A DNA stretch of 64,000 nucleotides, taken from assembly GCF_009914755.1 (NCBI RefSeq), contig NC_060947.1; one strand, given 5' to 3'. This document shows, in pieces, positions 1 through 21,853 of the stretch. Position 1 is the first letter of the stretch. The number at the start of each line of letters is the position of its first letter. Source of the stretch: the human T2T-CHM13v2.0 reference genome, Homo sapiens. Under the pieces are notes generated by a model. The model was not told the DNA's origin. It searched no databases and saw only the letters and a list, made by a program, of their open reading frames with translations. Both the position numbers and the translations under genes were made by a program.

Positions 1-240
1 CTACGAATGATCAAAGGCCAGTCTTAGGACCACATGAGCAAACCAGCTCTTTAGATAAACTCCCTTATATTCCTTTGTACCTATCCTAAGCTATTAACTT
101 AAGGTAAGAGAATTAGGCTACCTTCAGCCAAATCTTTTACTGAAGATATGCAAACCTCCCGGCCTTCCAAGAAGGTTTGTGTCTATTTCCTATAACTTTA
201 TCTTTATAATTTTTCCCACCAAAAGATCCGAACCCCTACA
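1..240 (-). mobile_element. Endogenous retrovirus LTR, LTR22-like (HERV-K HML-5), inserted in an intron of the pseudogene copy; truncated by the window start
   Basis: The reverse strand starts TGTAGGGGTTCGGATC...GGTGGGAAAAATTATAAAGATAAAGTTATAGGAAATAGACACAAACCTTCTTGGAAGGCC, which resembles the recalled LTR22 5' end. Homology to the intact gene's intron (41840 onward, ggactgttt) begins exactly at 241. Confidence 0.7.
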
Positions 241-368
241 GGACTGTTTCTTTCTAAGGCTTCTTCCAACTCTGAAATACTCTGCTTTTATGGCTCCTTG
301 CTTGGATTCCACCCTTCCAGACTAGATTTCCTTTAACAGTGTAAATGTTCTGTTTCTCCCTATGGCAG

Positions 369-3300
369 GGGCATCTTCCATGTTCTGGGCCTAATGAAAA
401 TGGACATGGTGAACTATACCATTCAGAGCTTTCAACCCTACCTGCAGGAGCATTCCATCCAGTATGAACAAGATAAATTCCAGGAACTCCGTGATAAACA
501 GCCCAGTATGTTTAAAATTCAAGGACAGGAGAGGGGAGATTTGACCTCCGGTTTTATAGCAATAGAGCTATTTTCTATATTCTGAATAGAAAGTTTCTTC
601 CTTGGGCAAGGGTTAGGGAGAAGGAGTGTTTCTCTAAGACAGAAAGATCTACAAAATCACTTATTTATAGATGAAAACTATGTCTCAAAGACTTCGTCCT
701 TAAGCCTTGGAATTTTAAGATGCATTCCCTTCTCATCATAGGTCTCCTCAATTATACCACAAAATGGCTAACCAAGGCAGCCACAGACATCACTACACTG
801 TGTCTGAGTTCTCCTGACTCACCTAGCTCCTCCTGCAGCATGGCATGTTCACTTCCAAACTGGGGAGGTAACAACTCAGAGCCCACCAGTCCAACAATGG
901 TGCTATACCAAGGCTACCTGAACCTCCTCCTCTGGGATCCTGAAAATGAAGAATTATCTGAGGTAGGGATGTGTGCTGGGGCATTCCTTGTTCTATTGTA
1001 TTAGTGCCTCTATTCAAGCCCTCCTCTTCTGATGGGCTGTCCTTCGCTCCCTCACCAGACTCTGCTGATGGACAGAATCTGGCTCCAGGAACTGGCATTC
1101 CAGTTGCACCAGTTAACTGTCCTGGCCTCAGTCTTGCTAGTGGCCAGAAGCTTCTCTGGTGAAGTTTTATTCAGATCACCTGAATTTGTGGATATACTGA
1201 AATGCACCACCAAGGCCCTAACTGAGGAATTTATCTCCAGGTAAGATTCATAGATCTCTGTTACAAAGGAAAATGTGTGGTATTTGGGACATAGGCAGGT
1301 AATATCAATACTACTATTGCTTATACTTCATCACAAATGACACAAAGGCCCTTGGGAACCATCTCCAAAGATTTTGGTATCTTCGATAAGTTGTATTGAG
1401 GTTTGGGATACAGAAAATAAAATTTATTTTTCCAAAGAGGAGAGTGTGGAAGCCAGTTTGCTAAAAATATTCCTTATGTGTTTGCTAAAAATGAGTCATT
1501 ATATACTTGATTGAATGACAGTGGATTTCTGCTATGTATATCCAGAAGTTGATCAGTTGGTCAGTGATATTGACCATTCACTGCATGTAGGGGCAGGGAT
1601 ATTATATCAAAGTACAAGGAGGAGTAGGAAGTCCAAGCCTCTTAATATATTTGCAATTTAATTGGTGGGGTAGGAGAAAAACCATGAAAAATATCCAATA
1701 GAGTCTTAAAACAATATTTAAATACAGTTGATGGGACTGGAAAATGCTGAGTAGATCCAAGGATGGAACTGAACCCTTGCCCAATTTACTTTGTTTTTGT
1801 TGAAGTGGCATATGGTACTGTATGTTGGGATCAGGTGGTACCTTGCGGGTAACAATGAGTGTATTTCACTGGCCCAGTGGCTAATGCTGTCTTCTGGTGG
1901 CAGAGAGATGGAATTCTTCCTGGAATAGGCCTGGCTTGTAGTATGAGGCTCTCTGGGCTTTGCCCCTCTGCCAGGCCCACTCTGCATTCTCTCCTTCATT
2001 ATCTAAGCCTAAAGAAGCTATGCTGAGTGTGAATGAACAGGTGTCTCAGGAAATCTATCAAGGCCTTAAGGACATGGGCCTCACTACTCTGAGCAGTGAA
2101 AACACAGCATCTCTTCTAGGCCAACTCCAGAACATCACCAAGGAAGAGAGTGGCATTCGTAGCATCGTTGGTAAGAATCCCCATGGTCATGGTGCAGAAA
2201 AGTGGCAAGAATGTGGGAGGTGGGCAGGTAGACCTTACCCTGAATGTGAGTTACCTAGCCATTTAAAAATGAAAGGCATGATCACTTGGAAATTTTTTTA
2301 GCTTTAGTTTCCTCATCTATAATGTGCATGGTTCAAATAGATCTTTTTCAATTTGAACAATGCATGTATGGTTTGAAGGTGGCTCTGTACCCAAGATATG
2401 TCATTCATGGGTGTTGGATACTGTCGCACTAATCCTATGAAGTCATTCCTGGTCATTTTCTAACTGTCCGCCAAGATATATGTAGAAACCCTTTCTCTAT
2501 CCTATGCTTTAAGCCACCATGTGGGCCCCTACTCCTCTCCATGGAAGTGATGTTGAGTTAGGCTGTAGGACATGTTCCGTGCTGGAATGGAAGCAGTGAA
2601 CTTGGACAGCTTGCTTTGAACTTTAGCATCTGATCATAGTCTGGATTGGGTGTATAGGCCTGAACTTGGTGCACTGGCTGCAACACATATTGTTACTTTC
2701 ACGTACCGGGTCTACGGTCCTCTTGTTAAGTTAAACGTGCACTTGGATCTCACGTACAGCTACATAAAGTAATCTTATGAACCGCCAGGAATTTACTACC
2801 TCAGCATCTTTTGATCATGCACTGTCCTTTGGGAGCCTGATGGCATTCACTTCCCCAAAACAAACAAAAATCTAACTTATACGGTTTACCCAAATGAGCG
2901 GAGAGGTCAGTGAATAAACTGGTTAACGTAAAACTTTGGTGAGCAGATAGTGCAAAGACATTGTGAATTTCTTTAGTTCATGTCCTTTGTAGGGACATGG
3001 ATGGAGCTGGACACCATCATTCTCAGCAAACTATCGCAAGGACAAAAAACCAAACACCGCATGTTGTCACTCATAGGTGGGAATTGAACAATGAGAACAC
3101 TTGGACACAGGAAGGGGAACATCACACACTGGGGCCTGTTGTGAGTTGGGGGAGGGAGGAGGGATAGCATTAGGAGATATACCTAATGTAAATGATGAGT
3201 TAATGGGTGCAGCACAACAAGATGGCACATGTATACATATGTAATAAACCTGCACGTTGTGCACATGTACCCTAGAACTTAAAGTATAATTTAAAAAAAG

Positions 3301-3744
3301 AAAAGAAAAATGAGAACAACAAAAAAAAGAATTTATTCTGAACCCTCTTTTTTCCTCTCTTCATTGTTTTTCCCTGCTCACGGATCAGCGGATCTGTTTG
3401 TTTCTTAAATGCTGTTTGCTTCATGGCATGCAGGAGTCTCTGCTACACTTTCCTGGAGGCCTCATTCTCATTGAAGGGGAGCTGGCAGAACTGGGTTGGA
3501 AGTTTGTCATTCTGAAGTATCATAATCAGCAGGTATTTGGCCCGTACTATGCTGAGATCCTAAAAAACATCATCCATCCAGCTCAAGCACAAGAAACAGA
3601 TAGTGCTGCACCCCAGCCATGGCAACAGGAGAGAAAGGTCAGTATGTTTCTGGAATGACATCACCTCCTCACTACAGCCAGGACACAGGGATGCAGGGGT
3701 CAAGCATGTAAACACCAACTGGCCCAATCCCCTTCACTAATAAA
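369..3744 (+). pseudogene. TCP11X3P: Unprocessed TCP11-family X-linked pseudogene, 3' part. Exon homologs at 369-505, 742-962, 1059-1240, 2007-2170 and 3384-3658; polyA signal at 3739-3744
   Basis: Exons and introns are colinear with 41968-45362, and four exon lengths are identical (137, 221, 182, 164 nt). One acceptor is mutated TAG>TAA at 2004-2006 and another CAG>CGG at 3381-3383. A 16-nt deletion near 3600 removes the stop codon. The symbol comes from recalled locus order. Confidence 0.85.
2974..3328 (+). mobile_element. 5'-truncated L1PA 3' end (about 350 bp) in the last intron of the pseudogene
   Basis: L1 3' UTR with A-rich tail. TSD gaatttctt (2965-2973) / gaatttatt (3329-3337). The paralogous site near 44895 is empty. 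Confidence 0.92.
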
Positions 3745-3915
3745 CTTCTGAGCTGCAAGAAAATTTCAGTTCCTCCTGTGCTCTAGCTGAAGCCAGGTTC
3801 TACACCCTCATCCCCTAACTAGCTGAATGAGAATCCAGTGGGCCCTCCGGTTTCCCTTCACTGGCTGATCATTCTTCAGTATGCTGGCCTGAGCCAGAAT
3901 CAGGGCATCAGGTAC

Positions 3916-4339
3916 TGATAAGGGAAAATACTGGTACTGTATAGAATAATGCTTCCCCAAAACTGCGAAGGAGCTAAGAGACCAAAGAATGACCCAGACA
4001 AGTTCAGCTTGATAAGCAGATGAATTTATTGGGACTTACGGATAGGACATTCCTGGGTGGCAGCAGGACAGCTCCGGGGATCTGCCCTGACACTCCTCTG
4101 CAAACTGCTTTTAAGCTAATTTTCTGGCTCTTGCCTTCCACATGCAATGAGACTCTTTTTCTTGGTATGTTTCCCGGTATGCTCTGGGATGTTTTGATGT
4201 TTTGATTCTCAGGGACACCTCGGCTTCTAAGCTGGGCACCATGCATGGCCTTGGATCACCACCTGGCCTTCAGGGTTCAGGCAGCAGATGTACAGCCTTA
4301 AGTAATCTGGTGGAGGAGGGGGGATCTCATTAAACTACA
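3916..4339 (-). mobile_element. ERVL-class solo LTR (LTR32-like), shared by both duplicates
   Basis: TG...CA termini. The reverse strand has CCACCAGATTACTTAAGGCTGTACATCTGCTGCCTGAACCCTGAAGGCCAGG and an AATAAA (tttatt at about 4025). Confidence 0.6.
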
Positions 4340-4989
4340 GTCACTAGCATTATTTTCTCCATTGAAAAATCATTTTCTTGACGGACGGTGAAAACTCTTT
4401 GTGGGATTATCCAGAGAATGAATATAAGGGCTTCTGGAAGTCAGAAATTCACTGAATTGCAGATGAAGAGAAGACAAAACTCCATTTCTAGCACCATATT
4501 TCCCTTAAATTTTCAAGGATACAGCAATAGTAAGAGTTCTCAACTCCTGTCCTAGTGTCTGGTTTGAAGCAGTATGAAAAATGGGGATTGGTTGAAAATT
4601 GATATTGTGAATATCAACTTTGTGCCAACAGGCATTCAGCTAAGGACAGGTCTCAGCTTCCACGGGATTTCTCTTTCTTTCAAGTGATTCTAGGAGTCAC
4701 TCCTAGTCTGGGGCTCCAACTGCCAGGTTATGAATATCAGCTGACTCAGCATCACAAATGATAAAAATGTTCTTGGTCCACAGGGACTTGGGTTTATTTT
4801 TAGAGACTGTGGAGGTTCACCCATCATTCTCAGGCCAACTGCAGCAGTCAAGCAGCAATCTAGAAAATTAGGAAAAAAATTAGGTTCGGAAGTTTTGGAT
4901 TTAGAATGGACAGGGGAAAATAGAAACTTACTTATGGGATAGAACCAAACTGGGTGAAAAAAATCATGTCCTCATTATTTTGGGGGTTC

Positions 4990-15785
<10,796 letters not shown>

Positions 15786-15826
15786 TCAGGAATTTCTTTA
15801 TAGCAGTGTGAAAACAGACTAATACA
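15786..15826 (+). mobile_element. 41-bp 3' remnant of an MST/THE1 (MaLR) LTR
   Basis: tcaggaatttctttatagcagtgtgaaaacagactaataca is the typical MST/THE1 terminus; compare 21813-21853. Confidence 0.75.
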
Positions 15827-16459
15827 GGCGGTAAGCTAGAAAGGAATAGTATCTGGCTGCATTGGTTTAAACCATTTACTGATCCTAAGCACAAAGCATT
15901 GTTATGTTCTACCCCCAAATATACTTTGTAAAAGTACTAACCTGCAACATAAATACAAGAAATCAATTCTGAATCTTTGCATGATTGCAACTTTCTCACT
16001 TTTATCAAAATATCAAATTCTTTAAAAACTAAAACACACATCACCTGTCTCCTCCTTTCCTTTCATTTCCTTCCTTTCTCTCCTTTCTCTTCCTTTTCCT
16101 TCACTCTCTCTGTTATGCTTGTTCCCTGAGCACATGTTTAGAATGTTTACTGGGAGAATTAATAAGGGTATAAAGATAATCATTACAAAATCAATTAAGA
16201 GAGAAATTAAGCTGATTTAGGATATGCTGTACATATTGGCATCTAGAAAATCTCTGATGTCCTTAACAAAAACATAGGCAGAAGAGGAGCAGAGCAGGTC
16301 ATCACACATTTATGGGAGTGTAAACAGGGGAGGAGGAAATTGATACATCACATACAGGTGATTATGATAATTAATCTCCACAGACAGTTAATATGGCAGG
16401 GGGGTAGGCAAGTACCGGGCTTTATTGCAGGGATGGGAGAGGGGTAGGGTATGGTGTCC

Positions 16460-16651
16460 CTATTATTATTCCAATTTTACAGATGAGGACAGTTGAAGCA
16501 CAGAGGTATTAGGTCACTTAGCTAAGTGGTCACCGAGCTTGTATATAGTGAAATGATGATTTGTCTCTGTCAGTCTCACTCCACATTCTGTGTCCTAATC
16601 ACTAAGGAGGTAGCCAAAAGTAAATTGACATTAATTCAGACTTAACTAATT
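16460..16651 (+). repeat. Copy 1 of a 190-bp direct repeat, partly MIR-derived; copy 2 is at 18326-18510
   Basis: ctattattattccaattttacagatgaggacagttgaagcacagagg...attaattcagactta(a)ctaatt occurs twice with few differences. Confidence 0.92.
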
Positions 16652-17316
16652 ACCAGCCTTCCAGAGCCCTGCCACAGACAGATGATCTACAAGTCCATGA
16701 CCTATACCTCTCATAGTGTTTCCCCCCGCTAACACCACATCCCTCTCTACCAATAACAGCCAGGGCCCTTATCAGACACTGAATCTGCCAAATTTGTCCA
16801 CAAACCCTGAGGAAGTCTCCCTCCCTCCACCAACCCTCTGTGTCCCTCTGCCACTTGGACCCATTTGGCTCCCTCAGTGTCCAATTTGCTGAGTAAACTT
16901 CTAATATTTGCTATCACTCCTGATACCCAAGTACTGTCCACTGAGGCAGGATGTAAAATTTGGTAGAAAGGTTGGGATCTGAGCCACAGTCCGATCAAAG
17001 TTTTGCCTGAGCATGGACTACAGTTCTGACAATTTTCTGCATCTGTAGGTCTGAATTTACAGAGGGCTAAAAGATTAGATCCAGTTCAGAAGTTTCTATT
17101 AATGGGCTAGGCATGGTACATGGCCATAGGACTGTGACCATGCCCACAGGATTCATGTGACTTCACCTGGATGAGAGAGCTGAACCTGCCACACAATAGT
17201 GAGGGCCATAAGGGGGGCAATATTCACATGACTCATAGGGTTCCAAAGTCTACAGTTTTTACACAATACAAAGAGTTTAGCCTGCCTAATGACTATAAGG
17301 GAGCACATGATCAGAG

Positions 17317-17666
17317 TGCTAAGGTCTGAATATTTGTGTTCCCCCAAAATTCATATGCTGAAATCCTAAACCCTAAGGTGATGTTATTAGGAGCTGGGAC
17401 TCTGGGGAGTTGATTAAGTCATGAGGGTAGAGCCCTCATGAATGGGATTAGTGTCCTTTCAAAATAGGCCCAAGAAAGATCCCTTTCCCCTTCCTCCATG
17501 TGAGGTTAGAGTGAAAATATGGCCAGTGCCCTTATCAGACACTGAATCTGCCAGTGCCTTGACCTTGGACTTTCCAGCCTCCAGAACTGTGAAAAATAAA
17601 TTTCTGTTGTTTATAGACTACACAGTCCATGGTATTTTGTTATAGTAGCCCAAACAGACTAAGCCA
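17317..17666 (+). mobile_element. MLT1A-type MaLR LTR
   Basis: tgcta...tgaatatttgtgttcccccaaaattcatatg start, gccctcatgaatgggattagtg, AATAAA, and end tatagtagcccaaacagactaagcca. Confidence 0.8.
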
Positions 17667-18325
17667 CATGGTATCCATGTGACCAACAGCAGTAGAGTAC
17701 CTGTGGTGCCCACATAATTATGAGGGCCTCATTGCCACATGAAAGTAGGAGGCCACATGATTGTAGTATTCACATGAGCCATAGCATTAGAAGCCTGCAA
17801 TGTTCACTTGCCTGGAAGGGCTATTTCTGCCTCATGACAATAGAGTTCATTGGCAGTAGTGTCCTAGTGTTCTGCATGCTTCAGGGGTCTATCTGATTCA
17901 TGACACATGGAGATCCGGGATTGCCTATGTTCCTGGGCTCCACAGTGAAGGTGGTGCCTCCAGGTGGCCTTCACAGCACATGAACTTCACCTTTAGCTAC
18001 CCCATCCCTTTTTATTGTGATCATTTAATATGCTGTTTTCTACTAACACATTAAATTTAATACATAACAAATTAACACATAACAGTAAAATAGGTCCTTC
18101 ATAAAACTATAACCACAGTCATAACATAGGGAGTGCTGCAAGAACCTAGGCATGGTATTTGGTACAGATTAAGTACTGTTGATTTAATGCAGGCTTAAAG
18201 GAAATTAAAGCAAACCAATTAAGTCTGTTTTAATTATTATGTTGATAAAAAGTATAATGATTAAAATGTTCCAGGTACTTTAAAAGGTTAACACATTTAA
18301 TTGTCATAACTTTATGACATTTGTG

Positions 18326-18510
18326 CTATTATTATTCCAATTTTACAGATGAGGACAGTTGAAGCACAGAGGTCACTTGGCTAAGTGGTCACTGAGCTTG
18401 TATATAGTGAAACGATGATTTGTCTTTGGTCAGTCTCACTCCACATTCTGTGTCCTAATCACTCAGGAGGTACTCAAAAGTAAATTGATATTAATTCAGA
18501 CTTACTAATT
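18326..18510 (+). repeat. Copy 2 of the 190-bp direct repeat (MIR-derived context)
   Basis: Matches 16460-16651; contains the MIR core attttacagatgagga. Confidence 0.92.
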
Positions 18511-20698
18511 CAAACTTACCGGAAAGCCAGTCCCAGTCACTGAAAATTTGAGGTCATGAAAGATTTCTTTGAAATGCTGTTTTAATAATTTCAACTACTG
18601 TCAAGAATTAGGACCAATCAAAGGTGAATCTAATTAAAGATCTCAGGAGATTTACTTTAATGTCTGGATATAATTTTATCATTAATATATAAAATATTTG
18701 TATATTAAGGGAGTATAAAATGCTTGATGTTAGTTAAAATTTCTTTTCTAAAATTAACATTAAAATGGGAAATATTGCAAAGTTTAAACATCATACCTAG
18801 CTCACATCACAATTACAAAGTTATAAAGGAATGAAATCTGAATTAATTTTATTTTACCATGTTTATATTCCACTTGTGCCTCTCCAGAAAGGACAGAGAA
18901 AGAAGAATATACATTGCTGAGTTTTTTTGAAACTGCAATTTCAACAATACCTGTTTTACTAACTTTCTTGGGAAAACACAGCTTTGTCTGTGTATCCAAA
19001 ATAAATTTGATGTGGTCTTTCTGATTTGCTGCCGTAGGCAAACCTAATGCTGTAAAAGTGGTGGGATTATTTTGTCAGGTCTCTGCAATGTGGCATAGCT
19101 GCACACATAGCTGCAGAAAACTCAACAGACAAAAGTTTGAACCGTGGATAAATTTCACTATATTAATAAGGACAACAGACTGTGTTTGTTGTACTAAATC
19201 TATTGAAGAAAGTCTCAATTTTTTTGGAGTAAAGCTTGGAAAGTAAGACGGTATTCTGGAAATCTGTGTGTCTCATACAATTTTGGAACATTATTTATGG
19301 AATACATGTAAATACAGGATATAAAATTAGAGCCACACATTTACAACAAAACCTATTGTGAAACTTCAATTTGGATTTGGAAAGTATCTATATACAGTCG
19401 TAGTATGGAATCCGACATCAAGATCCAGTGTCTGTCCAACCTTCATTTCTATAATTACATGCAGATAGATCAACAGTGAAAGACACAGAAGAATTGTGGC
19501 TATGCCACCGATGCCCAGTTGAGCCTTATAGTGTATTGATGGTGATTGGGATTAACTTTTTTAAATTGAGAAATTATTCATATGTCATTAAATTTGTTAT
19601 TTTAAAATGTACAATTCAGTGGGTTTTAGTATGTTCACACAATTTTGCAGCCATCACCACTACTTAATCCCAGAATATTTTTATCACCCCAAAAAGAAAT
19701 CCCGTACTTGTTAATAGTCCCCCTATTGCCCTTTCCCCACAGCTTTTGGCAACCACTAATCTAGTTTCTGTCTCTATGGTTTAGTCTATTGTTAACATTT
19801 CACATAAATAGAATCATACAATATGTGGCTTTTTATGACTGGCTTCTTTCACTTGACGTATAATTTTTTAAGGTTCATCCATGTTGTAGCATGTGGCAGA
19901 ATTTCATCCCTTTTATGGTAAATAATATTGCGTTGTATGGATATATGACATTTTAATTATAAAATCATTAATTGATGGTTATTTGTGTTTGTTTCAGTTT
20001 TAGATTATTATGAATAATGTTACGGTCAACATTCGTGTACAAGTTTTAGTGTAAACATATGTTTTCAGTTCTGGATATATGCCTACGAGTGAAATTGTTG
20101 GGACCTACGGTAACTCTATATTTAATCATCTGAGGAACTTCCAGACTGTTTTCCTGAGTAGCTGCACCACTTTACATTCCTACCAACGGTATATGAGGGC
20201 TCCAATTTCTCCACATCCTCATCACTATGTGTCATGTCTGTCCTTTTGATGATAGCTGTCTTAGTGGGTAAGAAGTAGCATTTAGTTGTGGTTTTCATTT
20301 GCATTTCCCTAATGACTAATGATACTGATCCTCTTTTATGTGCTTACTGGCCACTTGTGTATCTTCTTCATAGAAATAGCTATTCAAATTATTTTCTCAG
20401 CTTTAATTGGGTTTGTTTTTATTATTGAATTGTAAGAGTTCTTTATATATTCTGGATACTAGATTTTTATTACATAAAATATTTGCAAATATTTTCTCCT
20501 CCTCTGTGTTATCTTTTCATTATATTTTTTAAATTTAAATTTTTATTTTAAGTTCTGGGGTACATGAGCAGGATGTGCAGGTTTGTTATATGGATAAACA
20601 TGTGTTATCTTGATAGTGTCCTTTGATGCACAAAAGTTTTAAATTTTGATGATGTCCAGTTTACTTTTTCTTTGGTTGTTGCGTTTTGATGTCATATA

Positions 20699-21066
20699 TG
20701 TTATGGACTGAATGCTTGTGTCCTCCCAAATTTATATGTTGAAATTCTAATTCCCAGTGTGATGTTATTGGGATGTGGGGCCCTAGGGGGTAATTAGCTC
20801 ATGGGGGTGGAGCCCTGATTAATGGGATTATTCCCCTTGTAAGAAGAGACACAAAAGCTTGCTCTCATTCTCTCTGCTCTCTCCCACGTGATGATACAAT
20901 AAGAAATTGGCAGTTTCCAACCCACAGGAGTGCCTTTGCCAAAATCTGACCATGCTGACACCCTGATCTTAGACTTCCGGCCTCCAGAACTGCGAGAAAT
21001 AAATTTCTGTCGTTTATAAGCCACCCAGACTATGGTATTTGTTATATAAGCCTGAACTGACTAACA
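20699..21066 (+). mobile_element. MLT1A-type MaLR LTR inserted in L1M
   Basis: tgttatggactgaatgcttgtgtcctcccaaatttatatgttgaa start; aataaatttctgtcgtttataagccacccag near the end. Confidence 0.8.
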
Positions 21067-21476
21067 AAATATCAAGGAAACCATTTCTTAGTCCAAAGTC
21101 ACAAAGATTTACATCTTTTTCTTCCAGTAGCTTATAAATTTAATTCTTGCATTTAGGTCTTCCATCCATTTTAATGTTTTTTTTTTTTAATGGAATGTGA
21201 GGAAAGTGACCAAATTCATTATTTTGCAACCACTATGTGTATAACCATTTGTCCCAGGACCATTTTTGAAAAGATTATTGAAAACCAATTTACCATAGAT
21301 GTATGGGTTATATCTGGGCTCTCAATTTTATTTTACTTATATATATCCTTATGGAAACATCAGTATCACACTGTACTGATTACTACAGTTTTGAAATCCA
21401 GGAGTGCAAGTTCTCCAAATTTGTTCTACTTTTTAAAGATTGTGTTGGTTATTCAGGGCGCCTTCTATTTCCACAT

Positions 21477-21853
21477 TGTGATGATTTGGCTCTGTGTCCC
21501 CACCCAACTCTCATAGAATTGTTCAGTGTTGGTGAGAGGTGATTGGAGCTGGGGGTAGTTTCTAATGGTTTAGCACCATCCCTCTAGTGCTGTCTCATGA
21601 AAGAGTTCTCACGAGATCTGGTTCAAAGTGTATAGCACCTCCCCCTTCCCTCTCTCTCTTCCTCCTTCTCCAGCCACGTAGGATGTGCAGGCTTCCCCTT
21701 CCCCTTCTGCCATGATTGTAAGCTTCCTGAGACCATCCAGGCTATGCTTCCCATACAGGCTGTGGAACTGTGAGCCGATTGAATCTCTTTTTTTTTAATA
21801 AATTACCCAGTCTCAGGTAGTTCTTTATACCAATGTGAGAGCAAACTAATACA
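21477..21853 (+). mobile_element. MSTA/B-type MaLR LTR inserted in L1M
   Basis: gatttggctctgtgtccccacccaa start, ccttctgccatgattgtaag, and end ctaataca. Approximate 5-bp TSD cacat/aacat. Confidence 0.85.

Larger units (their letters stand above)
241..4985 (+). repeat. Copy 1 of an old tandem segmental duplication; partner at about 41840-46790
   Basis: Continuous alignment by eye through exons, introns, 3' UTR, a shared LTR and the 3' flank, ending at aaatcatgtcctcattattt. One exon pair differs at 16 of 221 nt. Confidence 0.95.

Noticed and set aside
2007-3389. Frame rescue in the pseudogene by two shifted acceptors (-1 nt at 2008 and -5 nt at 3389, total -6)
   Set aside because: The shifted frame meets TGA at its seventh codon, so no full-length protein results.
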